Shown here one piece after another: positions 12,296-24,824 of a stretch of 64,000 bases of DNA. The translations under genes were made by a program, and so were the position numbers. Each line of letters begins with the position of its first letter. The stretch's first letter is position 1. Origin of the DNA: Eledone cirrhosa (lineage: Eukaryota); contig CAXHJY010001068.1 in NCBI GenBank assembly GCA_964016885.1, positions 10,868-74,867 of the forward strand, in the 5' to 3' direction. The notes below the pieces were generated by a model, which did no database searches, had not been told where the DNA came from, and was given only the letters and a program-made list of their open reading frames with translations.

Positions 12296-12297
<2 letters not shown>
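12110..12297. mobile_element. P1 fold-back element with back-to-back hammerheads
   Basis: Centre ACAAGAATTCTTGT; a hammerhead core reads outward on each strand. Confidence 0.8.
12217..12270 (+). ncRNA. complete type I hammerhead ribozyme (P1)
   Basis: ATTCTTGT-CTGACGA-GCC..GGC-GAAA-CTC(CA)GAG-TA-ACAAGAAT: 8-bp stem I, canonical core, GUA site after 12262. Confidence 0.85.
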
Positions 12298-12352
<55 letters not shown>

Positions 12353-12507
12353 CGTGCGTGCGTTTGATGTGTGTGTGTGTGTGTGCGTGCGTGTGTGTGA
12401 TGTGTGTGGTGTGCGTGTGTGTGTGTGTGGTGTGCGTGTGTGTGTGTGTGAATATAACCGTTAAGGTATTTTTCTTGGTTATGTCAAAATTTATAAAACA
12501 CACTTCG

Positions 12508-12568
12508 TATTTTATCTGATGAAAGCGTACCAAAGTTTTGGTACCCTTGAAATATATATAATAGAATA
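12508..12568 (+). ncRNA. type I hammerhead ribozyme (P4)
   Basis: TATTTTAT-CTGATGA-AAG..TACCAAA/TTTGGTA..CTT-GAAA-TATATAT-A-ATAGAATA; element spans about 12451-12615. Confidence 0.7.
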
Positions 12569-12626
12569 AATATGGTTTTATAAATATAGTTTCCATTTAT
12601 TTAATATCATTGTATATATATAAATA

Positions 12627-12666
<40 letters not shown>

Positions 12667-12668
<2 letters not shown>

Positions 12669-12853
12669 CAAAGAAAGTGTGGTAAGATACCAGGTGGACC
12701 ATAATGCACCAGAGTACTCAATACTTAGGGTAGTAGAGTGGGTAATAGGAAAAGAGTCAGGACCCCGACGGCTGAGCTCCGGCCGTTTCGACAGCTAGAA
12801 TCTAGCTGGCGAAACGGCCGGAGCTCAGCCGTCGGGGTTCTGACTTTTTTCCT
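12667..12853. mobile_element. P2 palindromic element in (TA)n
   Basis: Arms centred near 12799 (CAGCTAGA-A-TCTAGCTG); (TA)n flanks. Confidence 0.85.
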
Positions 12854-12939
12854 ATATATATACACCCCACTTTCAAGCGTGAACCTAATACTAACACTTC
12901 GTATTGTACTCTTAGCTTTGTTTTTAGTTTTCTGTTTTA

Positions 12940-12989
<50 letters not shown>

Positions 12990-13224
12990 TATATGAAGTG
13001 ATGGTCTGACAACTTAGATGCGAATGTTGGTCTACAAAGTGTGAATACCTATTGAAGAAGCAGGCGATATAATAACTACTGTTGCCACGTGGCCTTATTT
13101 TCAGAACACCTGGTTTTCTACTTTGTTTCACTCAAATGAAAGCTTCGCTGATTCAATCGAAAGAATTTTTTAACAGATACTGTTTTGTACAGTGTCTTGT
13201 TTGAGCTGTTGTTATTGTTTTTGG

Positions 13225-13800
13225 TTGTGTTATGTGGTGTTGGTGGAGGGGCTTGTGGTGGTGGTGGTGGTGGAGGGTGGTGGAGGGTGGTGGTGGTGGT
13301 GGTGGTGGATGGGGGGGGGGTTCTGGTAGCGGTGATGATTGTGGTGGTGTTGGTAGTGGTAGCGGTGGTGTTGGTAGTTGTCGTGATGGTGGTGGTGGTG
13401 GTGGTATTGGTAATGGTTTGTGGTGGTAGTGGTGATGGTAGTGGTGATAGTTGTGGTGGTAGTGGTAGTGGTGGTGGTGGTGGTTTGTGTTGGTAGTGGT
13501 GATGGTTTGTGGTGGAGGTGGCTGTGTTGGTAGTGGTAATGGTGGTGGCGGTGATTGTGGTGGCAGTAGTGGTGGTGGCAGTAGTGGTGGTAGCAGTAGT
13601 GGTGGTAGCAGTAGTGGTGGTGGCGGTAGTGGTGGTGGCAGTGATGGTGGTGATTGTGGTGGCGGTGATTGTGGTGATGCTTGTGGCGGAAGTGGTGGTG
13701 GCGGTAATGGTGGTGGTTGCGGTTGTGTCGGTGGTGTTGGTAGTTATAGTGGTGATAGTGATGATGATGATATTTCAGTCGTCGTCGTCGTTGTTGTTGT
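13225..13800. repeat. (GGT/AGT) low-complexity tract
   Basis: Direct reading. Confidence 0.9.
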
Positions 13801-13977
13801 TGTTCTACTTTGATCTCTGGTAGTAATATTATAGATTCGTTTCCGCTTAATTGTCAGCGTTCAGTGAGAAATGTCGAAGAGTGTCCTTAAAAAAATAATA
13901 AATATTACTTTACGTAATTGTCTGTCAGATCTGCTCGAGAACCAGTTTTCACTGGATCATGCCATATCTAGTGTCAG

Positions 13978-14200
13978 TTGATAAAAGAGTACCAGTTGAA
14001 TACTGGGGGGGTAATTCTGCCTCTATATGTCTCTCTCACTTCCATTCTCTCACTCTCTATCCTTCTCTGAAAGAAATCTACTGCAGTCAGACCTGGAGAG
14101 GGGATGGGCTCCACCAGGTTTCAAAAAAAGGCCCTAGAAAGTCTGTATTTGAATAAGGTATCCCTATGACCCCTTCAGGAGTTACGGGACCATGTATTCA
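13978..14200 (+). mobile_element. SINE-A-related fragment with alternative 3' module
   Basis: GATAAAAGAGTACCAG followed by about 180 bp homologous to 57885-58068. Confidence 0.55.
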
Positions 14201-14204
14201 TGCA

Positions 14205-14330
14205 ACTCGCTCGCCGTCCTCATGGACCATGTATTCACTATCCTGTAGTCTGAAGGGACCCAGAGTTGGAGGGTAGGTTAGTAGTAGGTGGAGGATACTC
14301 GCTCGGACATCACTTCTACAACTAAAGTAT
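14205..14330 (+). mobile_element. degenerate CRE-clade 3' end
   Basis: Encodes SLAVLMDHVFTIL; tail GTGGAGGATACTCG-TCGGA-TCACT shared with 60825-60865. Confidence 0.45.
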
Positions 14331-14677
14331 ATTACAACTGTAATGTTAGTTAATGGAAGACAGAGAAAACTATATAAATTTTTAGACAAAACCGTTGATA
14401 CAAGTTGATACACGTTTTAGGTTCTGTAATACTAAGTAAACGTAAATTGATTGGTTTCGACAATGAATTTTCCAATTATTCAATCAAGCAATTTATGTGA
14501 ATTGATGATATTAAATTGGATAAATAATATAATATTCCAATAACACGAGTAAATGGCAGACAGGGTCAATGTGACATCGTATGACAAAGCAGGCTTTTGA
14601 AGTGTATGAACAGTCCATTCGACGGGCTTCTACAGTTTCCGTCGAACAAATACCCCCACCCCCCACAAAAAATCCCA

Positions 14678-14942
14678 TCTTGCTCAGATTGGTGCAATGA
14701 AGAGGAACAATCTTGGTGCAGATATGTGGTCAACCGTAGAGGCCTAAAATAACCATGTTACATGTATTTTACTTACATGGTGTCTGGCCAAAGAATTTTC
14801 GGTGAAGTGTACAGGAGAATAAAGTAACCTCAGTGTATTACAGGTAGTTTCCTTCTAGAAAAATTTCAACTCAGAACTTAAGCGGATGACATCAATAGGA
14901 TAAACATTTAGTTCCCTGATCTACGGTTACCACTTGCAATCC
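14678..14942. repeat. about 265-bp local duplication, copy 1
   Basis: Near-identical to 16693-16953. Confidence 0.9.
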
Positions 14943-15014
14943 AACAACAACAAGGGCGGTGCCCCATTTTGGACTCAGCTGGATGGCTGGAACAGGTAAA
15001 AGAGTAATAATAAT

Positions 15015-15470
15015 AATGGTTTTTTATATAGGCACAAGGCCAGCATAATTTAGAGGAAGGGAGAAGTCGATTAAATCGACCCCAGTGCGTGACTGGTACT
15101 TTATTTTATCGACCCCGTAAGGATGAAAGGCAAAGTTAACCTCGGCGGGATTTGATCTCAGATCATGAAGGGCCGTAACTCTATGCTGCAAAGCATGGCG
15201 TCCGACCCTCTACCGATACTGCCGATCCACCGCTAATAATAATAATAGTAGTAATTTCTACAATATGCACAAGGCCAGCAACTTTTTTTTTGGGGGGGGG
15301 GTGTCGATTAAATCGATACCGTGTATTACTGGTACTTTATTTTTTATCAACCCCCGTAAGGATGAAAGACAAAGCTAACCTCGGTGGGATTTGAACTCAG
15401 AACGTAAAGCGCCGTAACTCAATGCTGCAAAACGTGTTGTCTGACGCTCTATCGATTACTGCCAATCCAC
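15015..15470 (-). mobile_element. two tandem SINE-A copies (15015-15233, 15254-15470)
   Basis: Each has a full SINE-A body with the longer GTCGATTAAATCGA variant. Confidence 0.85.
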
Positions 15471-15823
15471 AAGGTACAATTGATCAATAATATTTAACTA
15501 TTATCTTATTTTATCGATCTCCATAAAGCAAAATCCACTTGGACGGAGAAGAGGAACACCTGTTCCTCTGGGTGGAATCAACCAGGGATATATCTTTTAC
15601 TGGGTGATCACCTTACCAATTATACAAGACAGTTTCTCATTCTTCTCTTTTACTGTCTTTGATTAAAAACCATAAATATCTAAAGGATAACGTTTCTACC
15701 ATCATAAATAACTTAATTCTAGTTTGTCAGCTCGTCAGGCATCAACCAATTAGGTTCTAATACTGCCTCGCTTAGCGACATATCACACAGCTATTCTAGG
15801 TTTTTAAAGTTATCTTCGCGCAT

Positions 15824-16182
15824 AGAGAGAGAGAGAGCGAGTGAGAGAGAGAGAGAGAGTGAGAGAGCGAGTGAGAGAGCGAGTGAGAGAGCGAGTGAGC
15901 GAGTACGAGAGAGAGAGACAGAGACAGAGAGAGAGAACGAGAGAGAGACAGAGACAGAGAGAGAGAACGAGAGAGAGACAGAGAGAGAGCGAGAGAGAGA
16001 CAGAGAGAGCGAGAGATAGACAGAGAGCGGGAGCGAGACAGAGAGAGCGAGAGAGAGACAGAGAGAGCGAGAGAGAGCGAGAGAGAGAGACAAAGAGAAC
16101 GAGAGAGAGACAGAGAGACAGAGAGAGAGCGGGAGAGCGAGAGGGCGAAAAAGAACGAGAGAGAGAGAGAGAGAGAGAGAGA
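15824..16182. repeat. (GA)n-derived microsatellite
   Basis: Direct reading. Confidence 0.9.
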
Positions 16183-16435
16183 CTTTCGCAAACACACACA
16201 GACATATGCGCACGCATTAATCTCAAAACACAAAGAACCGACACAGATACTGCCAACCCACAGATCTGAAATGGGGGATATTTCTGCGAAACTTTCACTG
16301 TTTCATAATATACTACAATATTTAAAAACAACGTTTTCAGTGTATTTCTATTGTTAAATCTTTAGCTTTTTGAGGGAATCCAACAAACTATTCAAATGTC
16401 TAAAAACATCTGACTGATAAAATGACAAGTCAGTC

Positions 16436-16587
16436 AATCATATTGGTGGCCTCCCCACAGCCCCGGCGGACAGAATGGAGAAGGCATTTCCCCGGAGGAC
16501 GGCAAGGGAGACGCGCTGGAAAAGCCATTCCAGCTCGCGAGGCTCCCACCTACGGCTGGCCAGCTCAGCGCCTATGGTGGTGGGTAG
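16436..16587 (-). mobile_element. CRE-clade non-LTR retrotransposon 3' fragment
   Basis: Homologous to 48742-48985; minus strand encodes EPRELEWLFQRVSLAVLRGNAFSILSAG. Confidence 0.7.
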
Positions 16588-16692
16588 ATCAACGATTAAC
16601 TCTCAGTTTTCCATTTCATACATCGCAATACTTCATACTAACACATCGTAATTTTTAATGGTTCAGTTGAAGCTTTCACTTTTATATATTTC

Positions 16693-16953
16693 TCTTGTTC
16701 AGATTGGTGCAATGAAGAAGAACAGTCTTGGTGCAGATATGTGGTCAACCGTAGAGGCCTAAAATAACCATGTTACATGTATTTTACTTACATGGTATCT
16801 GGCCAAAGAATGTTCGGTGAAGTGTGCAGGAGAATAAAGTAACCTCAGTGTATTACAGGTAGTTTTCTTCTAGAAAGATTTCAACTCAGAACTTAAGCGG
16901 GTGAAATCAATTAAACATTTAGTTCCCTGATCTACTGTTAACACTTGCAATCC
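16693..16953. repeat. about 265-bp local duplication, copy 2
   Basis: Near-identical to 14678-14942. Confidence 0.9.
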
Positions 16954-16973
16954 GTCAACCACAACAATAATAA

Positions 16974-17142
16974 TTATTTCTACTTTTGGCACAAGGCCAG
17001 CAATTATCCCAGTGCATTACTGGTACTTTATTTTATCGACCCCGTAAGGATGAAAGGCAAAGTTAAACTCGGCGGGATTTGAACTCAGACCGTAAAGGGC
17101 CGTAACTATGCTGCTAAGCACGGCGTCCGACCCTCTACCGAT
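16974..17142 (-). mobile_element. SINE-A
   Basis: Reverse-complement match to SINE-A body and tail. Confidence 0.85.
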
Positions 17143-17386
17143 TAATGAGTACTAAGGGGGATAACTGGCATCAGCCTATATAACCACAAAATGTTGGGGG
17201 TGTTTCATAGATTAGAATTATTAAAATCGCACTGGATAAAGACAATGGAAAAACGGACAGTCCCTTCTCCTCAGTCAATCTCTGGAGATCACTACAGTTT
17301 CAAAGCTTTTGTGCACATGTGTGGTGTGTGTGTGTGTAGGGGTGGTGGTGGTGGTGGTGATTGTGTGTGTGTGACGGGGGAGGTGT

Positions 17387-17417
<31 letters not shown>

Positions 17418-17971
17418 GTGGGGTAGGTGAGTGTGAAAGTACGTGTGTATTTCATGTGTTAGTGCGGAAATATAGATGAATAGCAAGATAAATATATAGA
17501 TGTATTCTTACTGTTAAATCTGGCATATCACATATACTTTACTAAATAATATTTCACCATCTACTTATTAATTCATTGCAAGTGTATCTAATAAGAGGAA
17601 ATTACCAATGTGTAAAAAAAACAAAAAAAAACCCAAATCTCTTTAAGTCAGCGTTCAGAGAAGAGTTCAAGTTTTTAGTTCAGGTATTCACCAAAGGTTT
17701 AATCTATTGTTCAATTTTTCTTATTGTCAAAGGTAGTTTCAGTCAGAGGTAAATTGGTCTTGTTTCCTTTGTATGTTTCCCCCACTTTCCTCTTGTCAAA
17801 TGTATCCTTTCTTTGATATTTGCAACAAACATGACTAACATATAATCCCACTTTTTATTTTCCTTTTTTTTTCTGTTTTGTTTGACATATTTGTTTTATT
17901 TCATCCCCGAATATATTGAAATAATTCTTCCTTATTTCATCCTTTTTATTCCTTTTGTTATGCGTTTCATT

Positions 17972-18058
<87 letters not shown>

Positions 18059-18689
18059 CAAATATACACATACAAATATACACATACAAATATATATATA
18101 TATATATATATCTTTATTGAAATAACTGAAATCTTATCTTAACCATCGGCCATTAAACAGTATTGGTGTTTTGAATAAATAAACATCAACTACTACTACT
18201 ACTACTACTACTACTACCCATCTTCCTCATCCCTCTCCCTCTTATATTTTCACCGTCTTCTTCTTCATCCTTTTATTTTACATCTACTACTCCTCGTCCT
18301 CTTCCTTACCCCCCCCCTCCCCCCTCCTCCTTTTTCTTATATTTCTTCTATTAGTTTTTTTTAAAACTTTATTTTTACATTTATACGATAAGAAAACCAC
18401 ATAATTTAGCTTGAAAGATTAAGAGAGAGAGAGAGAGAAAAAAGGGAGAAGCGAAATAAAAGAAAGGAGTAAATGAGAGAGTGGCATGGGTGGGGGTTGG
18501 GTGGGTAGATTGTCCAAATGATAAGTTCCTCAGTAAGGAAGAAAGCCTAGAAAACTACATTGTAATAGGTAACACTCTTCATGTGTATATTAATACAGAT
18601 GTGTGTTGATCTGAAAGGGAAACAATCTGTAGAACGTATTTTAGTATTTCACTGCTTGGGAAAAACATAAAACATTAATAAAGGTTTTA

Positions 18690-19129
18690 TGTGCGCGTAC
18701 GTATGTGTATATATATATATATACACACACACATATATATATATGTGTGTGTGTGTATATATATATGTGTGTGTGTGTGTGTAAATATATATGTGTGTGT
18801 ATGTAAATATATATATGTGTGTATATATATATGTGTGTGTATATACATGTGTATATATATATGTGTGTGTGTGTATATATATATGTGTGTGTATATATAT
18901 ATGTGTGTGTGTGTAAATATATATGTGTGTGTATATATATATGTGTGTGTGTATATATATATGTGTGTGTGTATATGTATATATGTGTGTGTGTATATGT
19001 ATATATGTGTGTGTGTGTAAATATATATGTGTGTGTATATATATATATATGTGTGTGTATATATATATATGTGTGTGTATATATATGTGTGTATGTATAT
19101 ATATACATATATTATATATATATATATTC

Positions 19130-19201
<72 letters not shown>

Positions 19202-19605
19202 ATATGAATGTATGTATATATGCGTGTAAGTGTGTATATTCATATGTATGTATGTATGTACGTATGAATATATATATGTTTGTGTGAGTGCGCATGCATA
19301 TATATATGTGTGTATGAATGTATATATATATATATATATATATATTTATTTATAAATGGAAAAGAATGGAACGAAATTTCATTTCTCACTCTTAGTACGG
19401 CTGATACTTAAATGTAAGTATATATACGTACATACATATATGTATACAGACGTACAGTAGTATGTATATATATATATACATACATGCACACATATATATA
19501 TGTACGTAAACCCATACGTACATATATATATATGTGTGCATGTATGTATATATATATACATACTACTGTACGTCTGTATACACATATGTACGTATACATA
19601 CTTAC

Positions 19606-19645
<40 letters not shown>

Positions 19646-19670
19646 AAATATATATATGTATATTTGTGTA
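18690..19670. repeat. (TA)/(TG) compound microsatellite
   Basis: Direct reading. Confidence 0.9.
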
Positions 19671-19897
19671 TTTGAGTGTAATAGCAGCTGTCGTGGTTAT
19701 ATCGATAGAACATAAGAAAATGAAGTGAGGTGTGAGAATGTAGCAGAGATATAATATAATATACCTATTGAACAGTTTCTGCCTCTCTATAATACGAATA
19801 TTCTTGATTTTTATGAAACTTTTCATCAGCCTCGTATTCTCCATCTATACAACTGCACTCGAGCACAAATGTACATTATATATATATATATATATTT

Positions 19898-20212
19898 AAA
19901 GGTTAAACAAGGTTCAATGAATAAATCAAAGAATGAGTTTTACAATAGCTTGGAAGCACTCAACAGGAATGGTTTTCCGGAGTTATTAATATTAATTCAA
20001 AATATTAACAAATAGATATTCTTGTGATCAAATATATTTTATTATTATGACTACCATGACTGAATCTTAACCATCTACCATGTCAGGGTATGTCATGCAT
20101 CATCTTATTTTATCTGATGAGAACGTACTGTTGAAGTTAACTCAGTACCTCTGAAATATGTATAATAAAATATATTTGATCACAAGAATATCTATTTTGT
20201 TAATATTTTGAA

Positions 20213-20218
<6 letters not shown>
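19898..20218. mobile_element. P4 element with inverted terminal segment
   Basis: 19990-20047 is the reverse complement of 20162-20218; (TA)n on both sides. Confidence 0.75.
20106..20172 (+). ncRNA. type I hammerhead ribozyme (P4)
   Basis: TATTTTAT-CTGATGA-..GTACTG/CAGTAC..-GAAA-TATGTAT-A-ATAAAATA; 8-bp stem I. Confidence 0.7.
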
Positions 20219-20261
<43 letters not shown>

Positions 20262-20473
20262 GAAGGCAAACGCACAAGCCTAAAATTTGAACTATCGTTG
20301 ACCAGGCAGTAAAAACGACAAATATGAAGATGATGATAACACACACACACACTCTCTCTCTCATATATTTATGTATATATATATATCACACACACACGTA
20401 GAAAACAGATTTTTGTTAATAACACACAAGTTTGCACAAAGCTGTATTTGCATTAGTCGCATATATATATATA

Positions 20474-20597
20474 TTTCTTCTGATGAAGGACAAGCGTCCG
20501 AAACGTTAAAACCCTCTTCCTACTATTTCAAGTGTTGACCTAATATATTCTTTCCATATACTGTCCCGATTGTGTTGTTATTTCTGTTTACCTTTCA
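20474..20597 (+). mobile_element. P5 element with minimal hammerhead (20476-20511)
   Basis: CTGATGAAGGACAAGCGTCCGAAACGTT and downstream tail homologous to 9925-10049. Confidence 0.75.
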
Positions 20598-20609
20598 CAC
20601 ACACAAACT

Positions 20610-20739
<130 letters not shown>

Positions 20740-20762
20740 GAAAGAAAGAGAGAGACAGAGAG

Positions 20763-20811
20763 AGAAATGGCTTCTACAGGACTAGAACTGTTTCATTCGG
20801 GAGAAATCATC
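20763..20811 (-). mobile_element. P3 fragment (truncated hammerhead)
   Basis: Minus strand GATGATTTCTCCCGAATGAAACAGTTCTAGTCCTGTAGAAGCC. Confidence 0.7.
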
Positions 20812-20849
20812 GTATATATATAAACATATATAAACATATATACACACAG

Positions 20850-20881
<32 letters not shown>

Positions 20882-20918
20882 TGTTATACTTCAGGAAGGC
20901 CCTGCTGCCGATATATAT

Positions 20919-21948
20919 AGACTAAAGATAGTAGAAGGGTTATATAGAAGAGAGACAGAGAAAGCCAGAAAGAACCACAGACTAAAGATAGTAGAAGGGT
21001 TATATAGAAGAGAGACAGAGAAAGCCAGAAAGAACCACAGACTAAAGATAGTAGAAGGGTTATATAGAAGAGAGACAGAGAAAGCCAGAAAGAACCACAG
21101 ACTAAAGATAGTAGAAGGGTTATATAGAAGAGAGACAGAGAAAGCCAGAAAGAACCACAGACTAAAGATAGTAGAAGGGTTATATAGAAGAGAGACAGAG
21201 AAAGCCAGAAAGAACCACAGACTAAAGATAGTAGAAGGGTTATATAGAAGAGAGACAGAGAAAGCCAGAAAGAACCACAGACTAAATATAGTAGAAGGGT
21301 TATATAGAAGAGAGACAGAGAAAGCCAGAAAGAACCACAGACTAAAGATAGTAGAAGGGTTATATAGAAGAGAGACAGAGAAAGCCAGAAAGAACCACAG
21401 ACTAAAGATAGTAGAAGGGTTATATAGAAGAGAGACAGAGAAAGCCAGAAAGAACCACAGACTAAAGATAGTAGAAGGGTTATTTCGAAGAGAGACAGAG
21501 AAAGCCAGAAAGAACCACAGACTAAAGATAGTAGAAGGGTTATATAGAAGAGAGACAGAGAAAGCCAGAAAGAACCACAGACTAAAGATAGTAGAAGGGT
21601 TATATAGAAGAGAGACAGAGAAAGCCAGAAAGAACCACAGACTAAAGATAGTAGAAGGGTTATATAGAAGAGAGACAGAGAAAGCCAGAAAGAACCACAG
21701 ACTAAAGATAGTAGAAGGGTTATATAGAAGAGAGACAGAGAAAGCCAGAAAGAACCACAGACTAAAGATAGTAGAAGGGTTATATAGAAGAGAGACAGAG
21801 AAAGCCAGAAAGAACCACAGACTAAAGATAGTAGAAGGGTTATATAGAAGAGAGACAGAGAAAGCCAGAAAGAACCACAGACTAAAGATAGTAGAAGGGT
21901 TATATAGAAGAGAGACAGAGAAAGCCAGAAAGAACCACAGACTAAAGA
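20919..21948. repeat. 60-bp minisatellite, 17 near-perfect units
   Basis: Unit AGACTAAAGATAGTAGAAGGGTTATATAGAAGAGAGACAGAGAAAGCCAGAAAGAACCAC; variants only near 21287 and 21485-21486. Confidence 0.95.
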
Positions 21949-22229
21949 GATATGGTTATCATATAATGAGCTTTAATCGCTGATATAATACCCAAGTGTC
22001 AGATAAAATAATTTGTTTTATGGTTTTTAGTATTTGTTATAATAGCTTTTGTTGTTGTTGTTGTTGTGTTGGTGTTGTTGTGTTGGTGTTGTTGTGTTGG
22101 TGTTGTTTCCGTTTGTGTTTTTATAGCTTTGTTTTTTTGGTGAAATCCCACCTCTTTCTATTAGTTAATTGGCAGAGACAATAATTGATCTGATTTATGT
22201 AGATATAAACACACATATCTACATATGTT

Positions 22230-22261
<32 letters not shown>

Positions 22262-22478
22262 CACACACACATATATATATACACACACATATATATATAT
22301 ACATATACACACACATATATATATATACATATACACACACACGTATATATATATATAAACATACGCGTAAATATATATACATACATACGCGTAAATATAT
22401 ACATACATACGCGTAAATATATACATACATACGCGTAAATATATACATACATACGCGTAAATATATATATATATATAT

Positions 22479-22520
<42 letters not shown>

Positions 22521-22581
22521 TATTTCAAGTATTGAGTACTCTGTTGAGTAATGGTCTAACTAGTTTAATCCTGATAGAGAG

Positions 22582-22614
<33 letters not shown>

Positions 22615-22617
22615 CAT

Positions 22618-22651
<34 letters not shown>

Positions 22652-22787
22652 CATACATATATATAATATATATATATATATATACATACATATAATATAT
22701 ATATATATATAGTCGCTCTGAAATAGCGATGTATATATGAATATACGTACAGTATATTTGATAATATACTGTATGTTTACACACACT

Positions 22788-22822
<35 letters not shown>

Positions 22823-23058
22823 GATTTAAACTTAGAACGTTAAAGGGCCGTAACTATATGCCGCAAAGGATGTATAACATCGAGTTCTTTCATTTTTCTT
22901 GTTTTTATCCAGAGATATCGTTTTTCCTCAGATAGATGTATTCTACATATGGTAAGTATACAAATGGTCGTTTGTCTGTGCTAACGTGAATTGTAATAGT
23001 ATATGTCTATATACGTCAGTGGTTGTCTATTTTACTGTATTTAAGTGTGGCTTGCATT

Positions 23059-23510
23059 TGGTGGATTGGCAGTATATGTAGAGAGTCGGACACCATGCTT
23101 TGCAGCACAGAGCTACGGCCATTTACGGTCTGCATTCAAATGCTTCCTAGGTTAATTTTGCCTTTCATTTTTACGGGGTCGATAAAATAAAGTACCAGTA
23201 ATGCACTGAAGTAATTGCTGGCCTTGTGCCAAAAGTAGAAGCAATTATTTTTATTATTACTGGTACTCAATTAAATAAAGTACCAGTAATGCACTGAGGT
23301 AATTGCTGGCCTTGTGCCAAAAGTAGAAAATTATTTTTATTATTACTGGTACTTGATAAAATAAAGTACCTGCAATACACTGGGATAATTGCTGGCCTTG
23401 TACCAAAAGTAGAAACAATTATTTTTATTATTAGTGGTACTCAATTAAATAAAGCACCAGTAATACACTGGGATAATTGCTGGCCTTGTGCCAAAAGTAG
23501 AAACAATTAT
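23059..23510 (+). mobile_element. SINE-A with 3' tail tandemly reiterated four times
   Basis: AATAAAGTACC...GGCCTTGTGCCAAAAGTAGAA occurs four times. Confidence 0.85.
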
Positions 23511-23621
23511 ATTACGTATTAGAAAAAGCAGCCAAGAAATTGATATCGGACAATAACCCCTCACCCTATTTGATGTTATAGTTTAAGGAGATTAAGGATT
23601 GAATCAATAACAAAATATAAT

Positions 23622-23961
23622 TGTGTCTATTTTTGACACAAGGCCAGCAAATACCCCAGTACATTACTGGTACTTTATTTTATCGACCCCGTAAGGATGA
23701 AAGGCAAAGTTGACCTCGGCGGGATGCTGCAAAGCATGGCACCAAACCCTCTACCGATACTGCCAACACCACTAAAACAATAACACCGAATCTATTTTGG
23801 GATCCCACAAAAGTCTCGCAACAACAACATCAACAACAAAGTCTCGCAACAACAACATCAACAACAAAGTCTCGCAACAGCAACATCAACAACAAAGTCT
23901 CGCAACAGCTAAAGATATGTAATAAGAATAGAATGTCTAACCCAACGATAGACAATTATGA
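23622..23961 (-). mobile_element. SINE-A variant with about 170-190 bp 5' extension
   Basis: SINE head plus extension homologous to 53703-54042. Confidence 0.8.
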
Positions 23962-24789
23962 AATGTTAACCTCTATGGTTTTTAGTATTTGTTATAATAG
24001 CTTTTGTTGTTGTTGTTGTGTTGGTGTTGTTGTGTTGGTGTTGTTGTGTTGGTGTTGTTTCCGTTTGTGTTTTTATAGCTTTGTTTTTTTGGTGAAATCC
24101 CACCTCTTTCTATTAGTTAATTGGCAGAGACAATAATTGATCTGATTTATGTAGATATAAACACACATATCTACATATGTTTATAGAATGTCTAACCCAA
24201 CGATAGACAATTATGAAATGTTAACCTCGGCGGGATTTGAACTCAGACCATAAAGGGCCGTAACTCTGTGGTGCAGATAATGAAGATCATGATGATGATG
24301 ATGACAAAGATGTCAATGACGACAACGATGAGGATGAAGACGACGACACAGCAATTAATGATGATGATGATGAGAGGGAACCAGGAGGGGAAGAGGAGGT
24401 AAAGGAGAAGGCAAATGAAGGGTAAAACTGATAAAATAAACCTATGATCAGAGAAGCAGAACAAGATACAGCAATATTTGGGAGTTGTAATAATGTGAAA
24501 ATAATGAAGACCAGGTCAAAGTTTTATCTTTAAACGGTAAAACTAATTATTGCGGTTTTTGACAGATAAATCTTAGAAGACCCCTGGAGGAATGAAAATG
24601 AATCAGGGACGTTTATCATTGAGTAGTTTAGCACTGGCTTAATTAGATTGAAAGTTAGAGAAGTCGGTTTGGCGAACCTAGACCAGATACTGTGTCTAAA
24701 TGTTAGTGTATATCTCTCTTTTCCTCATACTCGATCTATCTCTATCTTTTTTCTGTAGTGTATTCTGTTTGCCACTGTGACTGTATGCA

Positions 24790-24824
<35 letters not shown>

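Noticed and set aside
13105-13205. Acceptor-like TTATTTTCAG followed by open frames
   Set aside because: No clear donor or recognisable peptide; runs into low-complexity DNA.
19760-19840. Minus-strand CTGATGA ... GAAAC ... GTA
   Set aside because: Stem I and stem II do not pair convincingly.
20919-21948. CRISPR-like array
   Set aside because: Units are contiguous and identical with no unique spacers; eukaryotic context and no cas genes.
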